Shown here in pieces: positions 42,385-54,749 of a stretch of DNA of 64,000 bases. The number at the start of each line of letters is the position of its first letter. Position 1 is the first letter of the stretch. Source of the stretch: Escherichia coli (GTDB taxonomy: Bacteria; Pseudomonadota; Gammaproteobacteria; Enterobacterales; Enterobacteriaceae); NCBI RefSeq assembly GCF_041886205.1, contig NZ_CP169029.1; one strand, 5' to 3'. The notes beneath the pieces are model-generated. The model was not told where the DNA came from. It did no database searches and saw only the letters and a list, made by a program, of their open reading frames with translations. Position numbers and translations under genes: made by a program.

Positions 42385-43999
42385 GGGCAAATCCAGCTTT
42401 ATCGTCCGTGTGCTGGTGTTATATATGAGGGAAGCAGAGTTGTCGCCGGACCCAGTTCTGGTGTGCAGTGCTGCATTGTCGTAATGTCCGTGATTGATAA
42501 TCATGCTTCTTGTATAACGACAATGAGATGTCCGGGCTCAAATCATAATGTGGTCAGGGCGTCATCGCGAAAATTCGGTTATCATAAATACCTTTCGTTT
42601 TTTCCAGGGCTTTACAGGCAGACCAGTTGAAAAGCACCGTAATATCGAAAAGTAATAACTCTGGAGACATAAAAAAGCCGGCGAAAAACGCCGGCAATGA
42701 TCATAAACAAAAATAGGCTAATCCCTATGTGCCTTATCATTTTCCCACCATTTCATACAGAATTTCAAGCTGATATACAGAAAAAATAACATTGACTGGC
42801 GAAGCTGTGATAGAACTTAGAATGTATCAGAAAGAAATATTTTGTATGACAAAATGATGTGGCAGATATTAAGGTCGTACCAGCAGTAATTTCCTGTGCG
42901 GTCCGTACAGGAAGGAGTGTCATATATTCTTATTATGTGAATTAGCTCAATTATTAGAGAGATGTCTGTTATATATAATTTATCACAACACGGTGTATCC
43001 TGTATTGTATCAGGGCTAAGTGGCAGTTTGTACATAACCTGCAAAGGATTTGCTAAAGGCACCTCAAGGCGGACCATGGTTTGCCACACCAGTGGTCTAT
43101 CGGTAAAAATCCGACACCGTGTTGTTTTTTCTCTGTACTTTTATCTATAAATCACGAGTTGATGGTGTTTTTTTGCTTCATGAAGGAGGGCTGTGAGGTG
43201 TTTTAACTTTTCTTCGTGAAGTCAAATAGAGATATATAATTTATTCATGTGATAGAATTATGTTTACTGTTAACGGGTTATATTTTGATCCACTTGATCA
43301 AGAAAGGGTTATTGGATGGGGAGTGTATCGTAAATCCCCATGGGACCTTGTTGGTGTTTATCCGACAGAATATATAGCCAGGGAAAAAGCGGTATCATAT
43401 GGCTGCGATTATTTAGTATCACTGGGCCCTTATCGTATTGGCTCACATGATTTCAGACCATTCATGTCATATATATAAATCTGCGTCCTGATATTATCAA
43501 ATATTCCAAGTATAAATACACTCTGATTCAGTGATGACATTGTATATATTATGCATTGCCATGATATATGGATTACTCCTGACGGGTTATCTCCGGACAG
43601 CTGGTGTATCTGAATCTGGAGTGTAAAATACAGTAAATATGTGATTTAAACTCTGTAAAAAAATCCTGCCATACAGATGTATGGCAGGTAAGTGTCAGTT
43701 ACGCTGTAAATAAACATAATATCAGGTACAGCACACCTGATTTACGTCTGCGAAAAAAATTATGTATAGAAATGGAGGAATATAAAGGATTTGTTGTTGA
43801 TTTTATGTATTATGTCACAAAACTATGTATATTGTTGATAAATAATCAGGCTATGTTGAAGGTGCGTATTTTCATGAAAGGAGATCACTCAATACTCACC
43901 GATCTCCTTCACGGTAATACGCACTGACTCCGGTAATCCCCGTATTTCATCCTCGATGGCGTACTGTTCACTGATTCGCTTCAGGGCTTCTTCTGCCGT

Positions 44000-45100
44000 C
44001 TATACATCGTGGATTTTTCGCCGGGCATGGGCCCAGCACGCAACTTCTGTCAGTGCACCACCTTCACGTTCTGCACTGAACAACCTGTCGTAACCTGTGA
44101 ACGCATCCGCCTGCAGGATACCCCGGAAGGGGCGGAGGTGTTGCTCCGGGTATTTCCCCTGACGGTTCGGCGAGTACGCGAACCAGACCGCTGGAGGAGA
44201 TGACGAACCCACATTGCGATCATCCCGGACATACGTCCAGATACGCCCTGTTTTCGCCTTTTTCTGACCCGGTGCCAGTACCTTTACCGGTGTGTCATCA
44301 GTGTGAACCTTGCGGGTGTTCATTACATAACGGTACAGGGCATCATTCACCGGTGTCATTAACTGGCAGCACGCGTCAACCCAGTTGGAGAGTAAGGCCC
44401 GGCTCAGTTCGACACCCTGGCGGGCAAAGATTTCACTCTGACGATACAGTGGCAGATGTTCGCAGTATTTTCCCGTTAACACGCGGGCAAGTAATCCGGA
44501 GCCCGCGATACCACGCTCTATCGGGCGGGACGGCGCCGGTGCTTCAACAATACAGTCACATTTTGTACAGGCTTTTTTTACCCGTTCTGTGCGGATCACT
44601 TTCAGGGCACTGCTCACCAGTTCCAGCTGTTCAGCGCTGACTTCCCCCAGATAATCCAGCTCACCGCCACACTCCGGGCAACAGCTTTCTTCTGGCTCCA
44701 GGCGGTGTATTTCACGGGGAAGGTGTGCCGGTAACGGACGACGATGGCGCGACTGTCGCAACTGGCGGGGAACCTGAGGATCGTCTTCCCGCCCACTGTA
44801 ACGATCGCTGTCCTGTTCACGTTGTTTCAGCAGGGCCTCAGCCAGTTCAACTTCACGACGCAGTTTTTCAGAACGGGTACCGAACAGCATCCGGCGCAGT
44901 TTTTCTATCTGAGCCCGCAGATGTTCTATTTCCCGTTCATCTTCTTCGATCTTTTCTTCGGCACGTGTCAGTGCAGAGCGCAGGAAGGCTTCCGTCTCTT
45001 CAACCAGACTCAGTTGCTGGTCTTTCTGACGGAGGGCTTCAGCCTGCTCAGAGAGCAACCTTTCCAGCTCTGCGATGCGAATGAGGTATTTCTGACTCAT
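44000..45100 (-). pseudogene. IS66 TnpC, truncated
   Basis: 366 aa ending ...[13 protein letters not shown]; homology continues out of frame (AEEALKRISEQYAIEDEIRG) to about 43926, then is lost. Confidence 0.75.
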
Positions 45101-45130
45101 GACCGTTTTTATAATGCGGTCAGGAGTTTT

Positions 45131-45481
45131 TTACAACATTGTCAGTGAGTTACGGCGGGATGTTTTTGGCTGACGCCAGTCCAGCTTATCGAGGAGCATT
45201 GCCAGTTGCGAGCGGGTAATGGATACCTTGCCGTCACGTACCGCAGGCCAGATAAACTGGCCTTCCTCCAGGCGTTTGGTGAACAGGCACAGACCATCAG
45301 CATCAGCCCAAAGAATTTTAACGGTGTCACCCCGTCGGCCACGGAAGATAAACAGGTGACCGGAGAAGGGATTATCATTCAGCACATGTTGTACCTGTTC
45401 TCCCAGTCCGTTGAAGGATTTACGCATATCGGTAACGCCGGCAACGAGCCAGATACGGGTACCTGATGGGAGTGAGATCAT
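45131..45481 (-). CDS. IS66 Orf2 (TnpB)
   Basis: 116 aa; MISLPSGTRIWLVAGVTDMRKSFNGL... Confidence 0.85.
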   Translation of the reverse strand: MISLPSGTRIWLVAGVTDMRKSFNGLGEQVQHVLNDNPFSGHLFIFRGRRGDTVKILWADADGLCLFTKRLEEGQFIWPAVRDGKVSITRSQLAMLLDKLDWRQPKTSRRNSLTML

Positions 45482-45903
45482 CTTCCCCTCCCGGTCAGTT
45501 CACGGATCAACACCGTGAGCAGCTCTGGCGATGGATTTTCCAGCGTCATGTTACCGTGACGGAATTCCACCTTGCAGGAACTGGCACTGACTCTGGTCTG
45601 AGTGGAAGTGGATAAAGACGGCGCAATGGCCGCCACAGGTTCTTTCTGCTCATCCGGCGTTATTTCTACAGGTAATAATTCAACGCCAGTGTCAGAAGAG
45701 GTCTTTACCGGAAGACGCCGCGAAACACGCCCTTCGTTCTGCCAGAGCCTGAGCCATTTGAAAATAACATTATCATTGACGCCATTTTCACGTGCAATCT
45801 GTGCAACACAAGCTCCAGGTTGTGATGCCAGTTCCACCATACGAAGTTTGAATTCATTCGAATAGTTTTTACGAGGTTCTTTTCGCCAGTCCTGTAATTC
45901 CAT
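45478..45903 (-). CDS. IS66 Orf1 (TnpA-like HTH)
   Basis: 141 aa; ...NYSNEFKLRMVELASQPGACVAQIARENGVNDNVIFKWLRLWQNEG... Confidence 0.8.
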   Translation of the reverse strand: MELQDWRKEPRKNYSNEFKLRMVELASQPGACVAQIARENGVNDNVIFKWLRLWQNEGRVSRRLPVKTSSDTGVELLPVEITPDEQKEPVAAIAPSLSTSTQTRVSASSCKVEFRHGNMTLENPSPELLTVLIRELTGRGR

Positions 45904-46207
45904 ACTTAGATGTCCGTCTATATCAGATGGGCGTCTAAGTTACCAATTCTCGTCTGATGGCTACATACGGCGGTCAGTTTACGCTTACACAACAATGGCG
46001 CGAGGGAAAGCTGCTATTACCTTCTTCAGAGAGCCCCCAGCTACTTCCTGTGACTCTTGATGCAGTTGCCGAACAGCCAGAATCGCTCGCAGAGGACCCG
46101 GAAACCCTCAGTATCAGTTGTGAGGTAACGTTCCGGCACGGGACGCTCCGCTTCAATGGCAATGTCAGCGAAAAGCTCCTGACTCTGCTGATACAGGAAC
46201 TGAAGCG

Positions 46208-46558
46208 ATGATCCCGTTACCTTCCGGGACCAAAATTTGGCTGGTTGCCGGTATCACCGATATGAGAAATGGCTTCAACGGCCTGGCTGCGAAAGTACAA
46301 ACGGCGCTGAAAGACGATCCCATGTCCGGCCATGTTTTCATTTTCCGGGGCCGCAGCGGCAGTCAGGTTAAACTGCTGTGGTCCACCGGTGACGGACTGT
46401 GCCTCCTGACCAAACGGCTGGAGCGTGGGCGCTTCGCCTGGCCGTCAGCCCGTGATGGCAAAGTGTTCCTTACGCAGGCGCAGCAACTGGCGATGCTGCT
46501 GGAAGGTATCGACTGGCGACAGCCTAAGCGGCTGCTGACCTCCCTGACCATGCTGTAA
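46208..46558 (+). CDS. IS66 Orf2 (TnpB)
   Basis: 116 aa; near-identical to the ORF at 57490-57837. Confidence 0.85.
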   Translation: MIPLPSGTKIWLVAGITDMRNGFNGLAAKVQTALKDDPMSGHVFIFRGRSGSQVKLLWSTGDGLCLLTKRLERGRFAWPSARDGKVFLTQAQQLAMLLEGIDWRQPKRLLTSLTML

Positions 46559-46607
46559 ATCTCTTTATCCTGGTTGTCACAGAATAAGCCCGGTAAAATA
46601 CGGGCTT

Positions 46608-48179
46608 ATGAACGACATTTCTTCTGACGACATCTTCCTGCTGAAACAGCGCCTGGCCGAACAGGAAGCGCTGATCCACGCCCTGCAGGAAAAGCTGAGC
46701 AACCGGGAGCGCGAAATAGACCATCTGCAGGCGCAGTTGGATAAACTCCGCCGGATGAACTTCGGCAGTCGTTCCGAAAAAGTCTCCCGCCGTATCGCAC
46801 AAATGGAAGCCGATCTGAACCGGCTTCAGAAAGAGAGCGATACGCTGACTGGTAGGGTGTATGACCCGGCAGTACAGCGTCCGTTGCGTCAGACCCGCAC
46901 CCGTAAGCCGTTCCCTGAATCACTACCCTGTGACGAAAAGCGACTGTTGCCTGCGGCGCCGTGCTGCCCGAACTGCGGCGGTTCACTGAGCTATCTGGGC
47001 GAGGATACCGCCAAACAGCTGGAGTTGATGCGTAGCGCCTTCCGGGTTATCCGGACGGTACGGGAAAAACATGCCTGTACTCAGTGCGATGCCATCGTGC
47101 AGGCACCTGCACCTTCGCGGCCCATCGAGCGGGGTATCGCCGGACCGGGGCTGCTGGCCCGCGTGCTGACCTCGAAGTATGCAGAGCACACCCCGCTGTA
47201 TCGCCAGTCAGAAATATACGGCCGGCAAGGTGTGGAGCTGAGCCGTTCACTGTTGTCGGGCTGGGTGGATGCATGCTGCCGGCTGCTGTCTCCGCTGGAA
47301 GAGGCGCTTCATGGCTATGTCATGACTGACGGCAAACTCCATGCCGATGATACCCCGGTCCAGGTACTGCTGCCGGGTAATAAGAAGACGAAGACCGGGC
47401 GGTTGTGGGCGTATAAGAAGACGAAGACCGGGCGGTTGTGGGCGTATGTTCGTGATGACCGCAATGCCGGGTCAGCGTTGGCACCTGCAGTGTGGTTCGC
47501 TTACAGCCCGGACAGAAAAGGCATCCATCCGCAGACTCATCTTGCTTGCTTCAGCGGTGTGCTGCAAGCGGATGCGTACGCCGGGTTCAACGAGCTGTAT
47601 CGCAATGGTGGGATAACGGAAGCTGCCTGCTGGGCTCATGCCCGCCGAAAGATCCACGATGTGCACGTCCGCATCCCGTCAGCACTGACGGAAGAAGCCC
47701 TGGAGCAGATCGGTCAGTTGTACGCCATAGAGGCGGATATAAGGGGAATGCCGGCAGAGCAGCGGCTTGCTGAACGTCAGCGAAAAACGAAACCGCTGTT
47801 GAAATCCCTGGAAAGCTGGTTGCGTGAAAAGATGAAGACCCTGTCGCGACACTCAGAGTTGGCGAAGGCGTTCGCGTACGCACTTAACCAGTGGCCGGCA
47901 CTGACGTACTATGCGAACGATGGCTGGGTGGAAATCGACAACAACATCGCTGAAAATGCCCTGCGGGCGGTCAGTCTGGGTCGTAAAAACTTCCTGTTCT
48001 TCGGCTCTGACCATGGTGGTGAGCGGGGAGCGCTACTGTACAGCCTGATCGGGACGTGCAAACTGAATGACGTGGATCCAGAAAGCTACCTTCGCCATGT
48101 GCTTGGCGTCATAGCAGACTGGCCGGTCAACCGGGTCAGCGAACTGCTTCCGTGGCGCATAGCACTGCCAGCTGAATAA
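46608..48179 (+). CDS. IS66 TnpC transposase with an in-frame 11-codon tandem duplication
   Basis: 523 aa with CPNCGG zinc-finger region; [11 protein letters not shown] repeated (33-bp units at 47382-47414 and 47415-47447). Confidence 0.8.
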   Translation: MNDISSDDIFLLKQRLAEQEALIHALQEKLSNREREIDHLQAQLDKLRRMNFGSRSEKVSRRIAQMEADLNRLQKESDTLTGRVYDPAVQRPLRQTRTRKPFPESLPCDEKRLLPAAPCCPNCGGSLSYLGEDTAKQLELMRSAFRVIRTVREKHACTQCDAIVQAPAPSRPIERGIAGPGLLARVLTSKYAEHTPLYRQSEIYGRQGVELSRSLLSGWVDACCRLLSPLEEALHGYVMTDGKLHADDTPVQVLLPGNKKTKTGRLWAYKKTKTGRLWAYVRDDRNAGSALAPAVWFAYSPDRKGIHPQTHLACFSGVLQADAYAGFNELYRNGGITEAACWAHARRKIHDVHVRIPSALTEEALEQIGQLYAIEADIRGMPAEQRLAERQRKTKPLLKSLESWLREKMKTLSRHSELAKAFAYALNQWPALTYYANDGWVEIDNNIAENALRAVSLGRKNFLFFGSDHGGERGALLYSLIGTCKLNDVDPESYLRHVLGVIADWPVNRVSELLPWRIALPAE

Positions 48180-48351
48180 CACATCCCCGTCAATACGGCC
48201 CTCGCTGTACGCTTACGAGTAAGATTTCTTAAAAAATATAACAATAACAAAAAATTGAAATATATCACAAAAAAATCAATATACCCCTTATAAGGCCTGG
48301 ATGACTGTACAGCATGTATATGCCAGAAAACCGGTTTATGTGAATCAGGGT

Positions 48352-49086
48352 TTACCCGTCACCAGTTGTGTCCTTAATACCATACTGTTTTAACCACTGA
48401 CAGGGAGTGACTGAGTAGTATTTTCTGAAACTTAAAATAAAATACGACAGACTGCTATATCCGCACTCTCTAGCGACAATAAAAATGTTAGCATTCCCGC
48501 ACTTCATCAGAGTTATTGCCTTTTTCATACGTACTTCTGTGATTATCCGGCTGAATCCTGCGCCTTCACTGTGCAGTTTTCTTTTAAGCTGACTGGCACT
48601 TATACATAACGCTGATGCAACATCTGACAGATACCATTTCTTTGCCGGCTCTGCGGCAACAATAGCTTCAACACGTAACGAGTAGTTATTCAGCCCACCG
48701 GACAATACAGGCAGCAACTGGTTTTTATCATTAAGATAATCCAGCAGCACAAATAATACTGACTCATAAAGGTTAGTATTTTTCTGTTGTTCCACAAGTG
48801 ACATCAGCGAGTTCAGAAAGGTACCATACGCTTTCTTTCTGAAAAAAGAATTTTTCCTGTCAGTGATGCATAACGCATCGGCATCCCTCAGTCTGATATA
48901 CAGATAGTCGCTGATGATATGACAGGGTATATCAATAAACCTCACACATCCTTCACAGGCATCCGTAATATACTGAATGTCATTTCTTTTAAGAAAGAGA
49001 ATTTCATTCCGGGCAAAATCAAGCTCTTCATTGTAAAATGAAGCACAGAATGGCCTCACTATAATGGCAAAACAATACGGAAACAT
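48352..49086 (-). CDS. AraC-family transcriptional regulator (Rns/AggR-like)
   Basis: C-terminal AraC HTH region (...WYLSDVASALCISASQLKRKLHSEG... SLSYFILSFRKYYSVTPCQW). Confidence 0.7.
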   Translation of the reverse strand: MFPYCFAIIVRPFCASFYNEELDFARNEILFLKRNDIQYITDACEGCVRFIDIPCHIISDYLYIRLRDADALCITDRKNSFFRKKAYGTFLNSLMSLVEQQKNTNLYESVLFVLLDYLNDKNQLLPVLSGGLNNYSLRVEAIVAAEPAKKWYLSDVASALCISASQLKRKLHSEGAGFSRIITEVRMKKAITLMKCGNANIFIVARECGYSSLSYFILSFRKYYSVTPCQWLKQYGIKDTTGDG

Positions 49087-49241
49087 ACAGTACAGGTGTT
49101 ATTTAGAAATATCCGGTATTTTTCTTATTATAGCTGACAGACTTACTTCCTGACATTATATTAAGAAGTTCGATTTTATTATTAAAGTAACCGGACAAAA
49201 TACAGTCCGGTCACCGTGGTTATACGCGCATATAAATGTTA

Positions 49242-49871
49242 TCAGTCACCTTCATTCAGGCTGACAGTATCCGTAATCACACCATCTTCTGCACCTTTCA
49301 GTGCAAGATTGGCTTCGTAGTATTTCCCTTCGCTCATTAATTTTTGCGCACTGTTAACCTTTTTCTGCGTCTGTTTTAATGGCATCAGCCACTGCGTTTC
49401 TGAAATATCAATTCCGGCGAGATGCAGTACGTCAATTGCTCCTTTTTTGTCACCTTTATCCAGTTTTTTATTGGCCTCATCAATAGCTTTCTGTTTTTCC
49501 GGGGTGACAGTAAAGTCTTCAGACAACATTAAGCTGCTGTTAATAATAATGTAGACATCGCCTTCCTGTGGTGTTTTTTTATCCTTGCGGACAACTGTTT
49601 CCCATGTTTTATCATCAGATTTAAGCAAATCTTCAGCCCGGTTTATCAGCTTATCTGCTGCTCCTGTGTCACCACTGAATAAGGCAAGACGTGCATACTG
49701 CATGTCATCCATAATTTCCATACCACGCTGTTCTGCCTTCAGACTCCTTTCTGATAAAACTGTCTGAGCCTCATTTTTTGTGGATGAAGTGTTTTCTGAA
49801 GTTGCTGAGGCCATTGCGACAGCAGAGGTCAGGGACAGAGCGATTGCTACAGCATTAAAGATATGTTTCAT
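49242..49871 (-). CDS. yfdX: YfdX-family periplasmic protein
   Basis: 209 aa with signal peptide MKHIFNAVAIALSLTSAVAMA and lysine-rich repeat organisation typical of YfdX. Confidence 0.7.
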   Translation of the reverse strand: MKHIFNAVAIALSLTSAVAMASATSENTSSTKNEAQTVLSERSLKAEQRGMEIMDDMQYARLALFSGDTGAADKLINRAEDLLKSDDKTWETVVRKDKKTPQEGDVYIIINSSLMLSEDFTVTPEKQKAIDEANKKLDKGDKKGAIDVLHLAGIDISETQWLMPLKQTQKKVNSAQKLMSEGKYYEANLALKGAEDGVITDTVSLNEGD

Positions 49872-50622
49872 ATTTTTTACTCCGACATCAGGCAGAAAGA
49901 ATCATACCTGATAATAAACATAATATGATTTTCCCCCTGACGATTAGTCATATACTCAGGAAGCCGGACAAGGATGTCCCCCTCCCGGACATTTATATTC
50001 CCCTATCCGGCATGCATATTTTATGTTCTGCAACTGATATAAGAAATCTGACCACTTACCCCCACACAAAAAATAAATACCGAACCGGTAATATCACAAT
50101 ACATCATTATAAAATTATATTTATGTTACCAGTAATTTTTATGCCATCACAAGCCCAAAAAATCATTAATAACCCACCCCGCTCCATGCAAATAAAAGAA
50201 AATACATTTCACATGAAATACCATGATATATATATTGCCCGGAGTGATGGTGTTTTTATGAAGCAATTTAAATAATACAGATAACTGTAATTTATCATTC
50301 AGACGAAGAGATTTGATTTACACGGTAAGAGCATATGGCACATTACAACAGGGGTCTCTGTGAATATATACAGAAAACATATCTCATAAAACCCGGGAAA
50401 TGCCCCATGAATACAGGACAGTGAAAACAGGCATGATAATCAGGAAAGCCATGCCTGATACAGAAAAAGTTACCTGCGGGGATAATGCATGCGTATTTTC
50501 ATGGAAGGAGATCACTCAATAACTTCCATCGAGAGCGGGTAATAACTCACCGATCTCCTTCACGGTAATAAGCAATGCACAACCAGGCACTTACTGGCCG
50601 GTTATCCATGTCTATATTATAT

Positions 50623-50850
50623 TTACATCACGTCAGTTTTCATAAAGGCTGTGAACAGCCAGTAAATCAGGCCACTGAATACCAGCCACAGCACAACTAG
50701 GGCTGCAACCCTCACAGGGATATCACACTCTTCCGGCACTTTTTCCACAGCCATACTGCACAGATGGACTGTCATAACAGAAATCATCACAACAGCAAGG
50801 ATATGAATGAAAAGAAAAACGACTTTCATTTTCCGGAAATGCATATACAA
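50623..50850 (-). CDS. Hypothetical small membrane protein
   Basis: 75-aa ORF with two hydrophobic segments; no family recognised. Confidence 0.25.
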   Translation of the reverse strand: MYMHFRKMKVVFLFIHILAVVMISVMTVHLCSMAVEKVPEECDIPVRVAALVVLWLVFSGLIYWLFTAFMKTDVM

Positions 50851-51162
50851 ACCCTGACTCAGCCTGTCCTGTCTTTCCTGATCCTCTGTAATCTTAACTT
50901 ATCCATGCGCTGACGAAGTCTGCCCGGAACACGCCCGCTCTTTCTTGAAATATGAGCACAGATAAAATCTTCAAGCAGAAAATGCATGTCCTGCATTACC
51001 ACATCTTCTTTTTTGTCTTTCACTGAAAAATGCCTGACAAAATCGCTCATGAAAATGTTTCTGAAACGCTGTTATCCAGCTTCAGAAACCGGTACTGCCT
51101 TCACCAACACAAATCATTTTGTTGTCACTGTCTGACCTGTTCTCCCCTCCCGGAACTCGCTG

Positions 51163-52197
51163 TTACTGATAGGAAAATGTAAATGTTGATATTCCGTTAA
51201 CCGTACCCGGATTAATTCCCTCACCAGTATTCACATACTTTACATACAACCGGACTGAGGGTGACGTTTCCGTTCCTGTTGATAACTGCCACTGGTTTTC
51301 ATTTCCCTTTACCGGCGAATCAGGTCCAAACTTCAGGGGCGTACTGTCAGTGTTTTTGTATATTCTCAGCCCGACTCCGGTTGCAGTCGATGCCCCCGTC
51401 AGTGTGAGTATATCGCTTCTGTTGGACGGTGTGGTCGCATCAGTCAGTGTTGCCCATACTGTTACTCCGGCATCACACTGTAATTTCAGTGATGTTGTCC
51501 CGGCGACAACTTCATCACCGGATGATGGCAGTTGTCCGGCAGAAATTGCAGCCAGGCTGACATTGACTGCGGAAGGTGTCAGTAATCTGCACGATGTTAC
51601 TGTGTCATTCAGCGTAAATGGATTCAGGCTGAAATTCACTGTGGTCTGAACACTGCCTGCAGATGAACCGTTATAGGGCCTCATTCTGATACTCCCGATG
51701 CTGGTCTTCTGTACACTGTATCGCGCAGAGGAATTTCTTTTTAAAATTACAGGTGTTACACGAACAGACAGTCCCTGGGTTGATGCAGTATTAGCTCCGA
51801 CACACCATCCGGAAAAGACATTTTCCCATGAGTTTCCGCTCATCGCGGTACCCCTGGAATAATTCGTGTCCCCCATCCATATAAGGAGCCCCACCTCCTC
51901 TGTCAGCCCATAAATACTCTGCCCGTCAAGACTGCCAACCACGGGTAAATCCACTTTCCCGTCCAGCCCGACACAAAATCCCTTAGAAATACGCCAGACA
52001 TTTGCATTCTGATATCCAATGTTGTTACCGGTATTATAGACAAATGGCAGGTTATCCATTGCATGAGTTCTGGAATAAGAGCCTGGAGATGGTCCCACAT
52101 CGTTTTCCGTACTGCCAATAAATGAAACTGCCGCCTGACTGATATTGCAGCAAACCAGAATGAATACAGCCAGAAAGACCTTATAAAAATTTGTCAT
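51163..52197 (-). CDS. Fimbrial tip adhesin (two-domain, F17-G/UclD-like)
   Basis: 344 aa, signal peptide, last gene of the chaperone-usher operon, start adjacent to the usher stop. Confidence 0.7.
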   Translation of the reverse strand: MTNFYKVFLAVFILVCCNISQAAVSFIGSTENDVGPSPGSYSRTHAMDNLPFVYNTGNNIGYQNANVWRISKGFCVGLDGKVDLPVVGSLDGQSIYGLTEEVGLLIWMGDTNYSRGTAMSGNSWENVFSGWCVGANTASTQGLSVRVTPVILKRNSSARYSVQKTSIGSIRMRPYNGSSAGSVQTTVNFSLNPFTLNDTVTSCRLLTPSAVNVSLAAISAGQLPSSGDEVVAGTTSLKLQCDAGVTVWATLTDATTPSNRSDILTLTGASTATGVGLRIYKNTDSTPLKFGPDSPVKGNENQWQLSTGTETSPSVRLYVKYVNTGEGINPGTVNGISTFTFSYQ

Positions 52198-52198
52198 A

Positions 52199-54736
52199 TT
52201 ATTGCCTCATGCATACTACATGATGGTTTTCCGGAACAGCATTTCCCCTGGCATTTTCTCCGGACGCACTATAGTGAATGACACAACTGTCATTCTGCCC
52301 GCTTCCCCAGACTATCCTGAGCATCCCTTTTTCAGCATCCAGGTCACGTACAAATAACCGGCCTCCCTGAGCAATGTAGCCTGCAGATTTCCCGTCTGCT
52401 GTTAATGCTTCCGCGGCCATCGGCGGCGGCGTTCCGTCCGGCATCTTCACATCAAACAACATGGCTTTCCCCGTTTTTGTTGTGAAGGTCACCATGGTGG
52501 TACTGTTGGCCCGGGGAATAATTTCCCGCTCTGTTGCAGACAGTTCCACATCCGCAGCCAGCGCTGTCGGGTCGATACTGATATAATTCTTTTCGTAAGG
52601 TGTGACATACGGAACAATGCCGTTACCCCAGGGGTCCAGCCGGTTACCCGGCGCATTATTAATCACCGCCCCACCGGCACCATCAGCATGAATAACGGTA
52701 AATGTGTCACCAAGGTCATTACTGGCCGTCACACCAAACGGATGCGCCACTATTGCCCCGGATATACCGGCAGATATCTGACGGTTATGGCGACTGTCAT
52801 TCCCTGCCGTGGCCTGCAGGGTGGCCACCGGTGAACGATAACTGCCATTCACCGCATACCCTGTCGGTCCGTTTTCCTGGGTGTTCAGGGACACACCATA
52901 TGACAACTGATTGTCATCCCCGCTGACACCACTGATACTGCTCTGAATGCTGTTACTGTTTTTATCGCTGACATTCACTGTCGTGGACAGCAACGTCCTT
53001 CCCGTATCTGAAAGTGGCAGGGAAAAACTGAAAAAGAACCGGTTATCATGATGATAATCACCACTCCGTCGGGTCTGGGAAAAGCCAATCTGGTAACTCA
53101 TTTTTTTCCAGACGTTGTTATAACCGGCCTGGTACTCATTGAATGTCCCTGTATGTCCCCAGTAATGATAAGTGGCTCCGGTCAGATACAGGTTTCCCCA
53201 TCCCTCACCAAGACTCTGGTTCACAGTCAGTTGCAACTGATTCCTTGGCCGGTAACCAGTTGCACTCCTGACCGATGAATCATTAATCACATCACGATTC
53301 CTGGTCAGGATGGCATCCCGAAGACTCCAGAAGTCACGGGATGAATAACGGTAAGCCGCCAGCGTCACATTTGTACTGGTTTCCGGTATTCGTGCACTGT
53401 AACCGGCATGCAGGCTGTAGCCGCGATGTGTCGTGTCAGAACCCGGGAAAGTCGTTCTGGCCAGCGTAATATCCGTGGCAACAGCCCCCAGTGGTGTATT
53501 GAATGCCACACCACCCAGCCCTGACAGATAATGAGGTGCGGTACTCATCCCCGTATTCAGGGTGATATCATTTGTCAGCCCGTACTGCAGGGTCCCCTGG
53601 AATACGGTATCGCTGAATGTCCTGTTACCGTAACGATAACGCCCGGCTGCCACCTGCCAGCGACTGAACCCCGGGCGAACCAGTTGTGCAACCGAAGCAA
53701 ACGGCACGATAAAACTCCTGGTCTGTCCGTCTGACTCTGTCACAGTGACTGTCAGGTCACCACCATATCCACTGGGATAAAGGTCACTGATGGAGAAAGG
53801 CCCTGCCGGCACGGTAGTTTCATAAATAATGTTACCGTTCTGCCGGACAGTAACCCTGGCGTTACTTCCGGCCATCCCCCGAACCACAGGGGCATAACCA
53901 CGCAACGAACCCGGCAGCATCCGGTCATCAGAAGCCAGTCTTATTCCCCTGAGGCTGTTACTGTCCATAAGCTCACCTGTGGTGGTGAAATCCCCCAGTG
54001 TCAGTTGCGCACGCAACATGGCTATGTCGTGCTGAAGGTTCGTTTCAATACTCCGGTAACCTTCTGCATGACCGTCACTCCAGCTTTCTGTCCCCCGGTG
54101 ACGAAATGCCCAGCCTCCTGCGTTAAAGCCGGCACGAAGACCAAGATAACTCTGATTATTTTCCATATCGGGCGTCCGGTAACGCCAGTGATTCACGTCA
54201 TAACTGACAAAGGCAGCCGGCACCCCCGTCTGCCACTGAGAAGGTGATATGTATCCCCGTGGACGGGAAACCAGCATGGCCTGCGGAATTTCAACATTCA
54301 GCCGCAGCAGTGACAGGTCAAAACGGATTTTGGCATCAGGTACAACTGCAGAAAATGGCATGCAACGACCATTTCCGGTATCCGGTTCACGGGCAACGGC
54401 CTCGGGTGACACATCCAGAATGGATAACAGTTCCGGCGTCACACACAGAACACTCTCCTCCTGTGAAGAGGACATATCACGGAATGACAATTCCGCATTT
54501 CCTTTCCATTCACCGTTCAGATAAATGTCTGAATAATAATTCCCTGAGGGAACAGGATTCCCGTGCGTGAAACGACGGACATCAATCACACTGCTCCCTG
54601 GCGTGCGGCTCAGAAAACTCGGGTCAAATTCTGCATCCTCTGCCGCCCACAAAGGCGCAGACAGCATATAAAGTCCCGGCAGACAACATAAATAAATGAC
54701 ACGATATTTCAGACCGGATAAAGAATAATGACTCAC
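52199..54736 (-). CDS. Fimbrial usher (PapC/FimD family)
   Basis: 845-aa outer-membrane usher-sized ORF between chaperone and adhesin genes. Confidence 0.85.
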   Translation of the reverse strand: MSHYSLSGLKYRVIYLCCLPGLYMLSAPLWAAEDAEFDPSFLSRTPGSSVIDVRRFTHGNPVPSGNYYSDIYLNGEWKGNAELSFRDMSSSQEESVLCVTPELLSILDVSPEAVAREPDTGNGRCMPFSAVVPDAKIRFDLSLLRLNVEIPQAMLVSRPRGYISPSQWQTGVPAAFVSYDVNHWRYRTPDMENNQSYLGLRAGFNAGGWAFRHRGTESWSDGHAEGYRSIETNLQHDIAMLRAQLTLGDFTTTGELMDSNSLRGIRLASDDRMLPGSLRGYAPVVRGMAGSNARVTVRQNGNIIYETTVPAGPFSISDLYPSGYGGDLTVTVTESDGQTRSFIVPFASVAQLVRPGFSRWQVAAGRYRYGNRTFSDTVFQGTLQYGLTNDITLNTGMSTAPHYLSGLGGVAFNTPLGAVATDITLARTTFPGSDTTHRGYSLHAGYSARIPETSTNVTLAAYRYSSRDFWSLRDAILTRNRDVINDSSVRSATGYRPRNQLQLTVNQSLGEGWGNLYLTGATYHYWGHTGTFNEYQAGYNNVWKKMSYQIGFSQTRRSGDYHHDNRFFFSFSLPLSDTGRTLLSTTVNVSDKNSNSIQSSISGVSGDDNQLSYGVSLNTQENGPTGYAVNGSYRSPVATLQATAGNDSRHNRQISAGISGAIVAHPFGVTASNDLGDTFTVIHADGAGGAVINNAPGNRLDPWGNGIVPYVTPYEKNYISIDPTALAADVELSATEREIIPRANSTTMVTFTTKTGKAMLFDVKMPDGTPPPMAAEALTADGKSAGYIAQGGRLFVRDLDAEKGMLRIVWGSGQNDSCVIHYSASGENARGNAVPENHHVVCMRQ

Positions 54737-54749
54737 TTACGGGCCCTTA

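Larger units (their letters stand above)
41066..42395 (+). mobile_element. IS2 (IS3 family) with 5-bp target-site duplication GCTTT
   Basis: Left end tagactggccccctgaatctccagacaacc and right end ggtgtctggaaatataggggcaaatcca; gcttt at 41061-41065 and 42396-42400. Confidence 0.9.
43926..45988 (-). mobile_element. IS66-family element, copy 1 (3' end truncated)
   Basis: tnpA-tnpB-tnpC order on the minus strand; left inverted repeat gtaagcgtaaactgaccgcc ends at 45988; tnpC lacks its C-terminal part. Confidence 0.65.
45989..48216 (+). mobile_element. IS66-family element, copy 2 (5' end truncated by copy 1)
   Basis: Homology to the intact tnpA at 57092 begins only at acaacaatggcgcgag (45989); right inverted repeat ...gtacgcttac ends at 48216. 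Confidence 0.7.

Noticed and set aside
42400..43860. Small ORFs (42817-43089 minus, 43260-43478 plus) in the AT-rich stretch after IS2
   Set aside because: Short, low-complexity, no recognisable ribosome-binding context or family similarity; left uncalled.
47382..47447. 33-bp tandem repeat considered as a possible CRISPR or VNTR array
   Set aside because: Only two identical units with no spacers, in frame inside the IS66 tnpC coding sequence; it is an in-gene duplication.
50859..51050. 63-aa ORF downstream of the fimbrial adhesin gene
   Set aside because: No recognisable domain or translation signals; insufficient support to annotate.
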